A DNA stretch of 64,000 nucleotides from positions 33,058-97,057 of the forward strand of contig DATLXH010000109.1 of NCBI GenBank assembly GCA_035576005.1. The letters are read 5' to 3'. Positions 1-9,617 of this stretch are shown one piece after another. A program made the translations under genes and the position numbers. Under the pieces are notes generated by a model, which did no database searches, was not told the origin of the DNA, and worked only from the letters and a program-made list of their open reading frames with translations. How positions within the stretch are numbered: position 1 is the first letter of the stretch; every line of letters begins with the position of its first letter. Source of the stretch: Thermoanaerobaculia bacterium. Lineage in GTDB: Bacteria; Acidobacteriota; Thermoanaerobaculia; Gp7-AA8.

Positions 1-265
1 CACCCTGCTTCTCAATTGTTACGGTTGCCGTGGTGTTGATCGACTCAGGGACCAGTTTCACGTTCGTGAGTTGTCCGGACAGAGCCATGGAGAAGCATCC
101 CGCGTGCGCCGCTCCGATCAACTCCTCGGGATTGGTCCCCTTCCCTTCCTCGAAACGGCTGCTGAAAGAATACTGCGTCTCCTTGAGCACACCGCTCTCG
201 GTCGAGATCACTCCCTTGCCTTCCTTGATGCTGCCCTTCCAGACTGCGGACCCTTTTCTTTTCAA
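1..265 (-). CDS. osmC: OsmC/Ohr-family peroxiredoxin, 3'-truncated by the window edge. TTG start at 265 preceded by GGAGG.
   Basis: Reverse-complement translation gives MKRKGSAVWKGSIKEGKGVISTESGVLKETQYSFSSRFEEGKGTNPEELIGAAHAGCFSMALSGQLT..., the typical OsmC N-terminus. A perfect SD, cctcct on the plus strand, sits at 271-276. This gene is absent from the ATG-only ORF track. Confidence 0.7.
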   Translation of the reverse strand, partial: MKRKGSAVWKGSIKEGKGVISTESGVLKETQYSFSSRFEEGKGTNPEELIGAAHAGCFSMALSGQLTNVKLVPESINTTATVTIEKQG

Positions 266-441
266 AGTTTCCTCCTGAGCGTTACACACCGCAAATGGGT
301 GTTTCTATTCATCTACCATTCCACTTGCATACTGATAGTCGAGGCAAGCCTGCGGTTTGCTGGACGCCGAGGAAATGACGCACAGGGCCGCCGACCCGTC
401 TGGCCACGCCGGAGCGAGGAGAACGTCTGAGCAAACGCGGG

Positions 442-945
442 CTAACGGATAAAGTAGCCGGCGACGCGCCACTTGCCTCGGTCTATCGTCATGACGACAG
501 TCTCGACCGCGGCTTCCTTCTGCCCGAAGGCTGTGGCGTACGTGACTGTCACGTAGTCACCGTCAGGCGCACCCGGAATCGCACGTGAATAGTCGGCCGC
601 CTTGAGCGTCCTCGTGATTACGGGACCGAGAGGGGCGCGCACACTGTCCATGGCGGAGCGCCACTGCTCCTCCGTCACCGCCGCACGGAACATGGACGCG
701 GCACGCCCCCAGCTCTCGTCGTATCTCCCTCCGTCGGTCATCCCCAGCCATGCGCGAGATTCCAACTCAGCCGCTACTGCCTTGGACTCGGCTGCAGCGC
801 TCTGTGTGTCGGGTCCCGATGAGACGCCGGGCGCCACGCGGGAAGTAGAACCTGCGCTGCACGATGTTAGTAGCAGCAGAACAGCAATGAGAAAAACCGA
901 CAGGCGCACGAGTCCTCCTTCTACCGGCTGGCGTACCAGTCGCAA
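442..945 (-). CDS. hypothetical lipoprotein (signal peptide with a LTSC lipobox)
   Basis: 167-aa ORF. N-terminal hydrophobic segment is followed by Cys. The sequence has protein-like composition. No recognisable catalytic motif. Confidence 0.5.
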   Translation of the reverse strand: MRLVRQPVEGGLVRLSVFLIAVLLLLTSCSAGSTSRVAPGVSSGPDTQSAAAESKAVAAELESRAWLGMTDGGRYDESWGRAASMFRAAVTEEQWRSAMDSVRAPLGPVITRTLKAADYSRAIPGAPDGDYVTVTYATAFGQKEAAVETVVMTIDRGKWRVAGYFIR

Positions 946-981
946 TTGAAGCCTTACCGCAGTGTGGCGCGACTCATCACA

Positions 982-1671
982 TCAGCGGCGCCGGGTTGAG
1001 GATCCTGTCGAACGCTTAGACGACTTCGAAGCCCGAACCGGAGCCTTGGCCTTCCTGGATGCGACACCGGCCTTTCGGGCCCCGGACCTGGTACCCTTCG
1101 CGGGAGACTTGGCAGACCGTGACGTTGTCTTCGCTCCCCGCAGACCCGCTTTGAGCAGCCGGGCCTTCGTCTCGGCGGACCTTGCAGACGCACGCTTCCT
1201 GCTTCGGCGACTGCGCAACTGCTCGGTCGTGCTGACTGCGCGACCATAGACCGCGCGCTCCCTTTTTCTTCGAAGCTCGACTGCAAGGCGCAGCGCCTCT
1301 TCCTCTCCATGTTCGGTGATTGAGACGAACTCGCGACGAATCTCACCGGGCATCGGACTCCACGCCACCACGAAACTCTCGCGCGACTGATAAACACCAG
1401 GCACGCCTGTGCGGTTTCTCGTGCTGACCGGTGGAACAATCCGATCAGTACGCGGCTTACCCAGCTCTTTTTCCTTGGCATCTCTCCACTTGATCACCGA
1501 CGTTCGAGCCATCTCCGTGCCGCCGTGGGAAGCGTCCGCCAGATACTTCGAGTGGGTCTTTCCGTTGTACGTGACACGCGCATACCATCCGACTCCGTGG
1601 CGCCCCGGATCATCGATGCGTGTAATTCCCTTAACGTGAGGCCAACTTTTTTTTGATTTCTTCGCCGGCAT
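982..1671 (-). CDS. DNA-binding protein with two AP2-like domains and a Lys/Arg/Ser-rich, histone-H1-like C-terminal tail
   Basis: HGVGWYARVTYNGKTHSKYLADASHGG... and GVPGVYQSRESFVVAWSPMPGE...EEALRLAVELRRK resemble the bacterial AP2 (PF00847) pattern. The C-terminus is a run of K/R/A/S (AKKSKK... SAKSPAKGTRSGARKAG). Confidence 0.5.
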   Translation of the reverse strand: MPAKKSKKSWPHVKGITRIDDPGRHGVGWYARVTYNGKTHSKYLADASHGGTEMARTSVIKWRDAKEKELGKPRTDRIVPPVSTRNRTGVPGVYQSRESFVVAWSPMPGEIRREFVSITEHGEEEALRLAVELRRKRERAVYGRAVSTTEQLRSRRSRKRASARSAETKARLLKAGLRGAKTTSRSAKSPAKGTRSGARKAGVASRKAKAPVRASKSSKRSTGSSTRRR

Positions 1672-2377
1672 GTTGATGCTCTCCTTCTATTGCTACGGTG
1701 TTTCGATTGCACTGGCCCGCTCCGATCCGCTCGCCAGTGATGTGACTGTATCTTACCGCAAGTGGAGCTCAGCGCGAATACTCGAAATGCGGCCGCCGAT
1801 GGTTAGCCGCAACCCTAACAAGCTAACCCGCAGGCCGCGTCCATCCGGATCGGGAACGGTTCGCGGTTCGACGGTCCGATTCGGCAATCTCAACGCGACA
1901 TATCCCGGCACCTTTGTCGCCTTCTCTCCGGAGCGACTCTTCACTGCATTGGGCAGCAACGTTGTCGACGTGAACTTCTTTGTCCCGGGAACAACGACAC
2001 CGGCAACTGTTTCCGGATTCGGTTCCATTTTTACTGATGTCGACCTGAGCAGCGTCACCACGATTCAGTACTTCGACGCGGCTGGCGCGAGCCTTGGAGT
2101 GTTCACAGTTCCGCCGGCCACCGGCGATGTCTCATTTCTTGGCGTGTCATTCAACGCCGGCGAGCGGGTTAGTCGCGTTCGGATCACATCAGGGAATGTC
2201 GCCCTCGGACCGAACGACTCAGTCGCGACGGACGTCGTCGTGATGAATGATTTCATTTACTCCGAGCCGGTCACCGCTGCTGCAGCAGCAGAGGCCGGGA
2301 TACCGACGCTGTCGACCTGGATGACCTTCGCATTCATCGCCCTGATTGGCATGATCGGCTTCCTGCGGATTCGCTAA
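1670..2377 (+). CDS. secreted protein with a C-terminal IPTL-CTERM-like sorting signal; true start uncertain
   Basis: The C-terminus is ...AAAAEAG-IPTLSTW-MTFAFIALIGMIGFL-RIR. This is an IPTL motif, then a hydrophobic helix, then basic residues. The pattern is PEP-CTERM/IPTL-CTERM-like. Confidence 0.5.
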   Translation: MLMLSFYCYGVSIALARSDPLASDVTVSYRKWSSARILEMRPPMVSRNPNKLTRRPRPSGSGTVRGSTVRFGNLNATYPGTFVAFSPERLFTALGSNVVDVNFFVPGTTTPATVSGFGSIFTDVDLSSVTTIQYFDAAGASLGVFTVPPATGDVSFLGVSFNAGERVSRVRITSGNVALGPNDSVATDVVVMNDFIYSEPVTAAAAAEAGIPTLSTWMTFAFIALIGMIGFLRIR

Positions 2378-2454
2378 GCCACTAACAAGTCACTCGCGAG
2401 CGGGTTAACAGCGTGGAAAGCTGGTGAAGAGGTGATGACACGCGGCTTGGACTG

Positions 2455-2650
2455 GCGCCCCGGGGGCGAATCCCTCTCCCCGGCGGGGAGAGGCTGGTCG
2501 CGTAAGCGACCGGAGAGGGGCCGCGAGAGATACGGAGACCTCGCCCTTTCCCACGGACTGACGAGACTTTCACGCCCCTCTCCCTGCTTTGCTTCGCTCG
2601 CTTCCCTCTCCCCGCCGGGGAGAGGGATACGCCGCTTCGCGGCTCAACGA
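2455..2650. repeat. REP-like interspersed element, copy A. It contains two copies of the palindrome CCCTCTCCCCG(C/G)CGGGGAGAGG.
   Basis: Palindromes at ~2471-2492 and ~2604-2626 flank a GCGAAGCGAAGC core. A near-identical inverted copy lies at 36400-36640, and a half copy at 17930-18020. Confidence 0.7.
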
Positions 2651-2754
2651 CGTCAGACAGTGAACCGGTGTCATCAGAAGCGTGAGAACAGCATGAGGAC
2701 ACGCTGGTGAAGAGGTGATGAAGCGTCCCTCCTTGGTACCGCAGGAGGCGCTTT

Positions 2755-2816
2755 GTGGCCGGACATTCCAATGTCCGGCGGTTTCGCTCGCGCCTCCAGC
2801 GCGCCGGACATTGGCC
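2755..2816. repeat. GGCCGGACATTCCAATGTCCGGCG palindromic repeat family, copy 1 (unit plus partial inverted unit)
   Basis: The same ~24-bp imperfect palindrome recurs at 26821, 37849/37900, 41336 and 62625. It creates spurious ORF translations of the form WPDxPMSG. Confidence 0.7.
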
Positions 2817-2899
2817 TCCCCTGGCTGCAAACGCGCCCGAGCTCATTCAATCGAAATGCATATACTTTCTCTCCAACGGTCACACGGGGGATAGAGACT

Positions 2900-4990
2900 A
2901 TGAACAGGTTGAATCGATCGGTCGCTTTGAGTGCGCTGCTTCTCATGGGCGGACTGCCTCTTTTCGCTCAGAAAGAACCGATCTCCCACGAAACACTCTG
3001 GCTCATGAAGCGGGTCGGCGCTCCTGCCGTCAGTCCTGACGGTAAGTGGGTCGTGTTCTTACTTACCTCTCCGTCGTACGAAGAGAAGGAACAAAGTGCC
3101 GACCTTTGGATCGTCCCCGCGGATCGGAGCGCAGAACCGCGACGCCTTACATCAACGAAGGCAACCGAGAACGACGTTGCCTGGAGCAATGACAGCCGCA
3201 GACTCGCCTTCGGAACCAAACGGGAAGGAGACGAGGAGAATCAGATTTACGTCATCGACATCGCCGGGGGTGAAGCGACGCGAGTCACCTCGCTCACTAC
3301 CGGAGCAAGGATGCCAGTCTGGAGTCCCGACAACAATGCGATCGCGTTCATGAGCGGAGTCTTTTTCGGGGCCGCCGATGAAGAAGCCAACAAGAAAACT
3401 GCTTCGGAGCGAAAGAGTCAGAAATTTAAAGTACGTGTTTACGACACATTCCCGATCCGCCGCTGGGACAAGTGGCTCGACGACGCGCAATCGCATGTTT
3501 TCGTTCAGAGACTCGACGCTGGCGCGAAGGCAAAGGACCTCCTCGCGGGAACGCTTCTGGTGAGCGGAGCAGGTTTCGGTGGCCGCGGCAGCGAGGGATC
3601 GGGCGATACTCTTGACCTGGCCTGGACGCCTGACGGAAAGTCGATTGTCTTCACGGCAACGAGTAACCGGAATACCTCGGCGTTCGCATTCACCAACACG
3701 CATCTTTACGAGGTCGCGGTCGCCGGCGGCGAGCCGAAACAGCTAACGAGCGGGAACGACAGCTTCAGCCGTCCAAAGTTCAGCTCTGACGGAAAGAAGC
3801 TCTACTACCTGATCTCGTCAGACTGGGGCAAAGTCTACGCCCTCGACAGGCTCGGGATGACAGCATGGGCATCCGGAGCCCTACGGTTCATCACGATCAC
3901 GAAGGATTTCGATCGATCGATTGGAAGCTGGGATCTGAGCGGAGACGGCCGCACGATCTATCTGACGGCTGAGCACGCAGGCACTGAGCGGATCTTTTCG
4001 ATGCCGGCGGACGGCGGTGAAGTCAAAGAGCTCGTCGCCCCTCCAACTGGTGTCTACACCTCCCTAACCGTCGCCGACCGCTCCCGGACCCCCGTTCTCA
4101 TCGCGAGCTGGGGAAGCTCGATCCAGCCGGCCGAGATTGTGTCGATCGATCCAGTTTCCAGGACCCACAAGCTCCTCACGAGCTTCAACGTCGCCAGCGC
4201 TGCGAAGATCGACTGGAGCGCTCCGCGGCACTTCTGGTTCACAAGCTCGCGCGGCAAGAAAATTCACAACATGATCGTGTTGCCTTCCGGGTTCGACCCA
4301 GCCAGAAAGTATCCGCTTTTCGTTCTCATTCATGGCGGCGCAGCCAACATGTGGCGCGATCAGATCTCCCTTCGATGGAATTACCATCTCCTTGTGAAGC
4401 CGGGCTACGTCCTGCTGCTGACGAACTACACAGGGTCCACCGGGTTCGGTGAGAAGTTCGCCCAGGAGATCGGAGGCGATCCTCTGGCCGGACCGGCGAC
4501 CGAGATCAACGAGGCGGCCGATGAAGCGATCAAGCAGTTTTCATTTATCGACGGATCGAGACAGGCGGCGGGTGGCGCAAGCTACGGCGGGCATCTCACG
4601 AACTGGCTCCTTGCCACCACGACCCGCTACAAGTGTCTCATCAGTCACGCCGGCCTGATGAACCTCGAGGCCCAGTGGGGAACGAGCGACGGAATCTACC
4701 ATCGCGAGATCGTGGCGGGTGGGCCGGTCTGGGAGCAGGGGAAAGTCTGGCGCGAACAGAACCCGATTCGCCGGGCGGCCAGCTTCAAGACGCCGATCCT
4801 CTTCTCAATTGGTGAGAACGACTTTCGCGTTCCCCTCAACAACACCCTCGAAGCATGGAGCGCCGTGCAGAGAATGCAGGTCCCGAGTCGCCTCCTTGTC
4901 TGGCCCGACGAAAATCACTGGATCCTCAAGGGAGAAAACTCCAGGGTCTTTTACCGCGAGGTCCACAACTGGCTGAGCAAGTGGCTCTGA
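2900..4990 (+). CDS. S9-family serine peptidase (dipeptidyl-aminopeptidase/acylaminoacyl-peptidase type) with an N-terminal beta-propeller and a signal peptide
   Basis: After the internal start MNRLNRSVALSALLLMGGLPLFA the sequence shows WD/PD-repeat-like segments. The catalytic GGASYGGHLTNWL (GxSxGG) motif is followed by D and H regions. The track ORF runs 2753..4990, but the first 49 codons derive from the repeat element. Confidence 0.85.
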   Translation: MNRLNRSVALSALLLMGGLPLFAQKEPISHETLWLMKRVGAPAVSPDGKWVVFLLTSPSYEEKEQSADLWIVPADRSAEPRRLTSTKATENDVAWSNDSRRLAFGTKREGDEENQIYVIDIAGGEATRVTSLTTGARMPVWSPDNNAIAFMSGVFFGAADEEANKKTASERKSQKFKVRVYDTFPIRRWDKWLDDAQSHVFVQRLDAGAKAKDLLAGTLLVSGAGFGGRGSEGSGDTLDLAWTPDGKSIVFTATSNRNTSAFAFTNTHLYEVAVAGGEPKQLTSGNDSFSRPKFSSDGKKLYYLISSDWGKVYALDRLGMTAWASGALRFITITKDFDRSIGSWDLSGDGRTIYLTAEHAGTERIFSMPADGGEVKELVAPPTGVYTSLTVADRSRTPVLIASWGSSIQPAEIVSIDPVSRTHKLLTSFNVASAAKIDWSAPRHFWFTSSRGKKIHNMIVLPSGFDPARKYPLFVLIHGGAANMWRDQISLRWNYHLLVKPGYVLLLTNYTGSTGFGEKFAQEIGGDPLAGPATEINEAADEAIKQFSFIDGSRQAAGGASYGGHLTNWLLATTTRYKCLISHAGLMNLEAQWGTSDGIYHREIVAGGPVWEQGKVWREQNPIRRAASFKTPILFSIGENDFRVPLNNTLEAWSAVQRMQVPSRLLVWPDENHWILKGENSRVFYREVHNWLSKWL

Positions 4991-5112
4991 TTCAGACAAA
5001 CACTCCCCGACGTCCGATCACGAACCGTTAACGTTCGAGTGGCGCATTCGTTGTCGCCGGACTCCTCGACACGAAGGTGCAGCAGTCGGTCAGATCACTC
5101 CAGTTCGATCTT

Positions 5113-5295
5113 TAGCCCGCATTTCTCACACTCCTTCGCGGCGAGGCGGCGGAGAGTGGCCTGGATGCGAGGCGCACGGCGATTTTGCGACGAGGCATAG
5201 TCGGCACTATGTCAAGGAGCGAAATTGCCGTGCAACGAAGCAGACAGGCCGCTATCCGTCGTCTCGCGGCGAAGGAGTGTGAGAAATGCAGGCTA
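5113..5295. mobile_element. MITE, copy 1 (~180 bp), with 18-bp terminal inverted repeats AGCCCGCATTTCTCACAC / GTGTGAGAAATGCAGGCT and flanking TA/TA
   Basis: It is ~90% identical to the copy at 43320-43503. The TA dinucleotide on both sides is the target duplication typical of IS630/Tc1-mariner MITEs. There is no internal ORF. Confidence 0.7.
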
Positions 5296-5296
5296 A

Positions 5297-7520
5297 CGGC
5301 ATGGTTCGGTCCCGGCATTCCGCCACGACCCTGGCGCCCGACCCGGGATTCCGCCCGAAATCGGCTGCAACAGCAACCGCGAAGCTGTCCGCAGAAGAAC
5401 TCCCCCATGCAGTTCGCTTGCGCGACCCCGTCTCGGTCAGTCAGAATGGCGCGCACACACTCACAAAAAGCGCTACCTCTTCGGAGCGTTCGAGCTCGAC
5501 GCCAATCTATATGAGCTCCGAGAAGGCACCCGGATTGTCCGCGTGGAGCCGCGCGTACTGGACGTTCTGTTTTACCTCGTGCGAAACCGCGACAGGGTCG
5601 TCTCGAAAGACGAGCTTCTCGAGAAGGTCTGGAAGACGACATTCATCGGCGAATCCGCGCTGAGCCGCTCCATCATGCAGGCGCGAAAGGCGATTGCGTC
5701 CGAAGAAGGAAGTGAGGAGGCGATCAAAACCATCCATCGCCGCGGCTATCGCTTCGTCGCCCCGACGGTCGAGGATCATGGGACGGAGCCAGGGCAGGAC
5801 CCGGCGACTGAGGATCCGGATCCGGTTTCGGCACCAGTTGCGGCCAGCGTTTCGGCGACTACCACACCGACGACGCTCATTTCGGAGAGTCTGGTCGTAG
5901 ATTCATCCCTTGTTAGTGGAGAGGCCGTCCGAGCGACCGGCCAATCGCACCAGGTCATCCGAGTTCGGAGGACGCTGATATTCGTGGCAGCGGCCATTGT
6001 CGTCATGTCCGCGCTTGCACTGCATCGTTCTCATGGCACTGTTCCCGTCTCATCTTCCAGAGGTGTGAGGCTGGCGATCCTTCCTGTTTCCCCCTCCGTC
6101 GCGGAGGATGCGGAGAGCCTGCTCCTCGCAGAGATGGTGAGTGATCTCCTGTCGATCAGACTGGCAGCCGTTCCTGGTCTGATTGTTCGTACACCCGGTG
6201 AGAGCGAGAGGTTATCGACGTCGATGAGCAGCCTCGCCGCGTTAGCACAGCGCGCCGGTGTGACCTTCGTACTCTCCGGAAGTTTGCGTCCGGTACGAGA
6301 GGCCGGCAAAGCTCGAATCGATCTGGCGCTGCACGAGTTTGGAATCAACGGTCGCACCGAAACCACATCTCTCGGTCGCTACGATATCCCTTTCGTCCGC
6401 AACCGGTTTGATGTGCAGCAGCTGCGCACGATCAATGACGGCATCGTTCAGCGAGTGATACGAGAGCTCGTTCCACTCATCCACGCCGGCCCCGCCGCCG
6501 GGGATTCGCCACGCGATCCGCACGCGTACCGACTGTATCTGCTCGGACGGGACCGACTGAGTGAGGAAAAATGTGACGGGGGGGGGCGCCCTCCAGCTGC
6601 TCGAGCGCTCGCTCGAGCTCGATCCTGGCTTCGCTCCGGCGTGGCAGGCTTTTGCACTCGCACACTACGGCCTCGCCTCCTCGTGTGGAGAGGATGCGAC
6701 TCACTACGAAAAAGCGCTGAACGGGATCAGGCGTGCCGTGAAGCTGCATCCGGATATGCCAAGCGCCATGGCGCTGGAAGCAACGGTGCTGGCCGAGAGC
6801 GGGCGCATCGAAGAGGCCTACGAATCTCTGATACGAAGGAAACGAGATGGTGCCGTGGCATGCGACATCGACTACGCGGCGTCAACCGTCCTGTCGTATG
6901 CGGGCTATCTTGATCCGGCGCGCAGGAAGCTCGACAGCGTTCTGAGGGCCGACCCCCAGTACCTCGCGATCGGTGGCTGGACGCCTAGTATTCATCTCTA
7001 TGAATCGGAGCCCGACCGATTTTTACGCTATCTCCCGGCGGCCGAGACCGCGTCGTTCCGCTATTACCGCGGGTACGCGCAGCTGCTTCAGGGAAAGATA
7101 CCTGCAGCACGTGAGAGCCTCGGGCCCGCGTTTCGTCTCAACCCCCACGACGTCTTTGCGAGGCTCAGTGCGGCGCTGCTCGATACCGTGGAGGGCCGAC
7201 CGGTAGAAGCCCTCGAAGTACTGCGCGGTCTCGAACGGCAACGCAGGGCTGTGGGCTCCACGGATGGTGCTCTCACTTACAAGCTCGCTCAGCTCTACGA
7301 GCGGGCGGGAGACAGCGACTCCGCTCTCGAGAGCCTTGGCCGCGCCGTCGACCAGGGATTCTTCTGTACGCCATGCTTCGCCGGCGATCCGCTCTGGAAT
7401 TCCGTCCGGTCGAAAGCAAAGTTTACCGACGCGTTCCGGCGCGCTGAATCGAGGCATCGCGCTTTCGGGAAGCGTTTCGGGTTTCTCGCGAGCTCCGGGA
7501 GCGGACAAGGGGCGCAGTGA
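5297..7520 (+). pseudogene. CadC/OmpR-type winged-helix regulator with a TM segment and a TPR domain. It appears disrupted, with no start codon after the MITE and a frameshift at a 9-G tract.
   Basis: The wHTH-coding frame is open from 5297, immediately after the MITE. It encodes ...YLFGAFELDANLYELREGTRIVRVEPRVLDVLFYLVRNRDRVVSKDELLEKVW...HRRGYRFVAP, but no ATG/GTG/TTG occurs before the GTG at 5543. ORF 5543..6913 then carries a TM helix (LIFVAAAIVVMSALAL). It shifts frame at GGGGGGGGG (6578-6586) into ORF 6561..7520, which is TPR-like. Deleting one G fuses the two reading frames. Confidence 0.55.
6578..6586 (+). repeat. homopolymeric G9 tract inside the regulator coding sequence (frameshift site)
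   Basis: Sequence is gacgggggggggcgcc. The ORFs upstream and downstream are offset by +1. Confidence 0.8.
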
Positions 7521-7587
7521 GCCACAAGTCAGGGAACCGTCACGTTACCAACATCCAACCATCAAGTATCGGAGAGTGTGCCGGCCT

Positions 7588-8007
7588 ATGTTGAGATCAA
7601 TGAAACTGCAACTCGCAATTGCCTTCCTATTCGCCGGGACAGCCTACCCTGGAGGGTCCTCCCCACCCGATCTCGCGATCTCATGGGTCCAGCCAGGGAC
7701 GTTGACTGGCACCGCGGGAGAGACGGCGCAAATTCGATACCTCATCCGTAATGTGGGGGGGACGGACGCTTTCGCGGTGATCTCCCGCATCGGGACGACT
7801 CTCGGTCCAATCGCGCCTGCACGGACACAACCCGGTCCCGAGGCTGGAAAAAGTCTCGAGCGCAAACTCGCTCTGGCCCTCGCCGTGGGCATGCGCGAGC
7901 TCTGCATCGACGTGACCTTGCAGAACATCGCGATCGACGATTCTCCGGATCCGAACCCAAAGAACAACCGCGCCTGCAGACCTGTGGTCGTGCAGGAACC
8001 CAAGTAA
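7588..8007 (+). CDS. small secreted protein, CARDB/Ig-like fold suspected
   Basis: Signal peptide MLRSMKLQLAIAFLFAGTA, then PDLAISWVQPGTLTGTAGETAQIRYLIRNVGGTDA, a CARDB-like pattern. The track ORF 7264..8007 overlaps the upstream TPR gene, so an internal start is used. Confidence 0.45.
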   Translation: MLRSMKLQLAIAFLFAGTAYPGGSSPPDLAISWVQPGTLTGTAGETAQIRYLIRNVGGTDAFAVISRIGTTLGPIAPARTQPGPEAGKSLERKLALALAVGMRELCIDVTLQNIAIDDSPDPNPKNNRACRPVVVQEPK

Positions 8008-8076
8008 AGGAAACCTTCCGTCGCTCAATGCCCCATGCGCTGTTGATCAAAGTCAGGCCCGTTAAAGGAGAATTTC

Positions 8077-9617
8077 ATGCTAGTCACCAGGTCACCCTTT
8101 CCTGTTTTACGAGTCGCGCTCGCGCTTTGCCTTGCGCTACTTTGTGTTTCCGATACTTCCCAGGCGCAATTCCCCGTTCTAACTTCGACAACGACGACCT
8201 TTTCCGTGTCCCCAGCCACAGTCACCGGAGGGGCGAACGCAACGGGCACAATCCGGTTTCCCGGCCTCAATAAAGGAGCAATCGTATTCGAGATCACCAG
8301 CAACAACGCGGTCGCAACCGTTCAGGAGACCGTGACGATGCTCAATCTCGCCGGAACGGCGAGCTTCCCGATCAGAACATCTCCCGTTGCCTCTTCCACA
8401 ACCGTGCAGATCCGCATCGTCGGAACCAATACCGATAGGACCGCAACCTTCACGATCGTTCCACCGGTGCTCTCCGGGTTTACGTTGTCTCCGGGTGCCA
8501 TTGTCGGAGGAAACGCTGTCATCGGCACGGTCACGCTTTCCGGTCCAGCGCCTCTGATCAGCGGAGGACCATTCCGGATTCCTCTTTTTAAATCCTTTGG
8601 GCCATCGGTCACCATGCCCTTCGTTGCCGCGGTCTCGTCCGGCCAGACCTCAGCACCATTCACGATCACGACCGTCCCGGTGCTCCAGGCAGAAAACGGG
8701 ACGATCACCGCCGGTGACGGCGAAACCGCCAGGTCAGTTCCTCTCACCCTGAATCCTCCAACTGTACAGACGATGACTTTTGCCTCTCGAGTGGTAGGGG
8801 GGCGGGTTTCAACTAGAGTCGTCGCCACTCTCAACGGACACCAGCGGGTTTCACGATGTCGGTGTCCAGCAGCTCGCCGGGAGTGATCGTTCCTCCTACA
8901 GTCACTGCCGACGCAATGAGTCGGGGAATCTTTTTGCCCGAGATCCAACCCGTGTTGGTTGACACACCAGCAACGATTACTGTGACAACAGGGAGCGTGA
9001 GTCGAAGTGTAAACTTCGTTGTCATTCCCCCGACGGTCAGTGCGATGAGCTGCACCAGTCCCGGCCGCACACCAGGCTCACCCGTCATCGGCGGCGACTC
9101 GGTGACAAACTGCAAGCTCACCCTCAACGGACCGGCGGCTGACGGCGGGATGAGTATCCCTCTCTTCAGCACCGGTCCAGGTTCGGTACCGTCATCTGTC
9201 AACGTGTCTGCGGGACAATTGGAAAGCGAGCCGTTCTCCGTCGCCACCACGCAGGTCACGAGCAGATCTCAGCTCTCGATCTTCGCAGGCTCAGCGAACG
9301 TCGGTGGGTTCACCGTGATTCCGGTCGCCGTGGCGAACCTGTTGCTTTCGACACAGACGGTTCCGGGCGGGACCATCGTTACCGCTTCGATCATCCTCAA
9401 CGGCGATGCGCCTCCGGGAGGATTCAGCGTACCGCTCTCCAGCGGAAACATCAGTGCCGCGACCGTGCCGCCGACCATTCTGGTTCCGGCGGGACAGACG
9501 ACCGGCAGCTTCCCCATCACCACCTCAGTCGTGCAGAACGACACGACCGTAACCATCACCGCTGGCGCGATCGGAGCGACAAGAACCGCGCCGCTGGTGG
9601 TTCGCGCGGGCTCGTAG
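8077..9617 (+). CDS. secreted protein made of at least six tandem ~85-aa Ig-like repeats. It is split into two overlapping ORFs by an apparent frameshift near 8850-8890.
   Basis: Signal peptide MLVTRSPFPVLRVALALCLALLCVS. A repeated motif runs VsPatVTGGanatGTv.L.GpAP.gG..v.LsS...a.vPptv.vpaGqts..Ftitt. Both ORFs (8077..8886 and 8856..9617) carry the same repeat. Confidence 0.5.

Noticed and set aside
2753-2899. N-terminal 49 codons of the track ORF for the S9 peptidase ([10 protein letters not shown]...)
   Set aside because: Translation of the GGCCGGACATTCCAATGTCCGGCG repeat. The same WPDxPMSG peptide appears wherever the repeat occurs. The real start is the signal-peptide Met at 2900.
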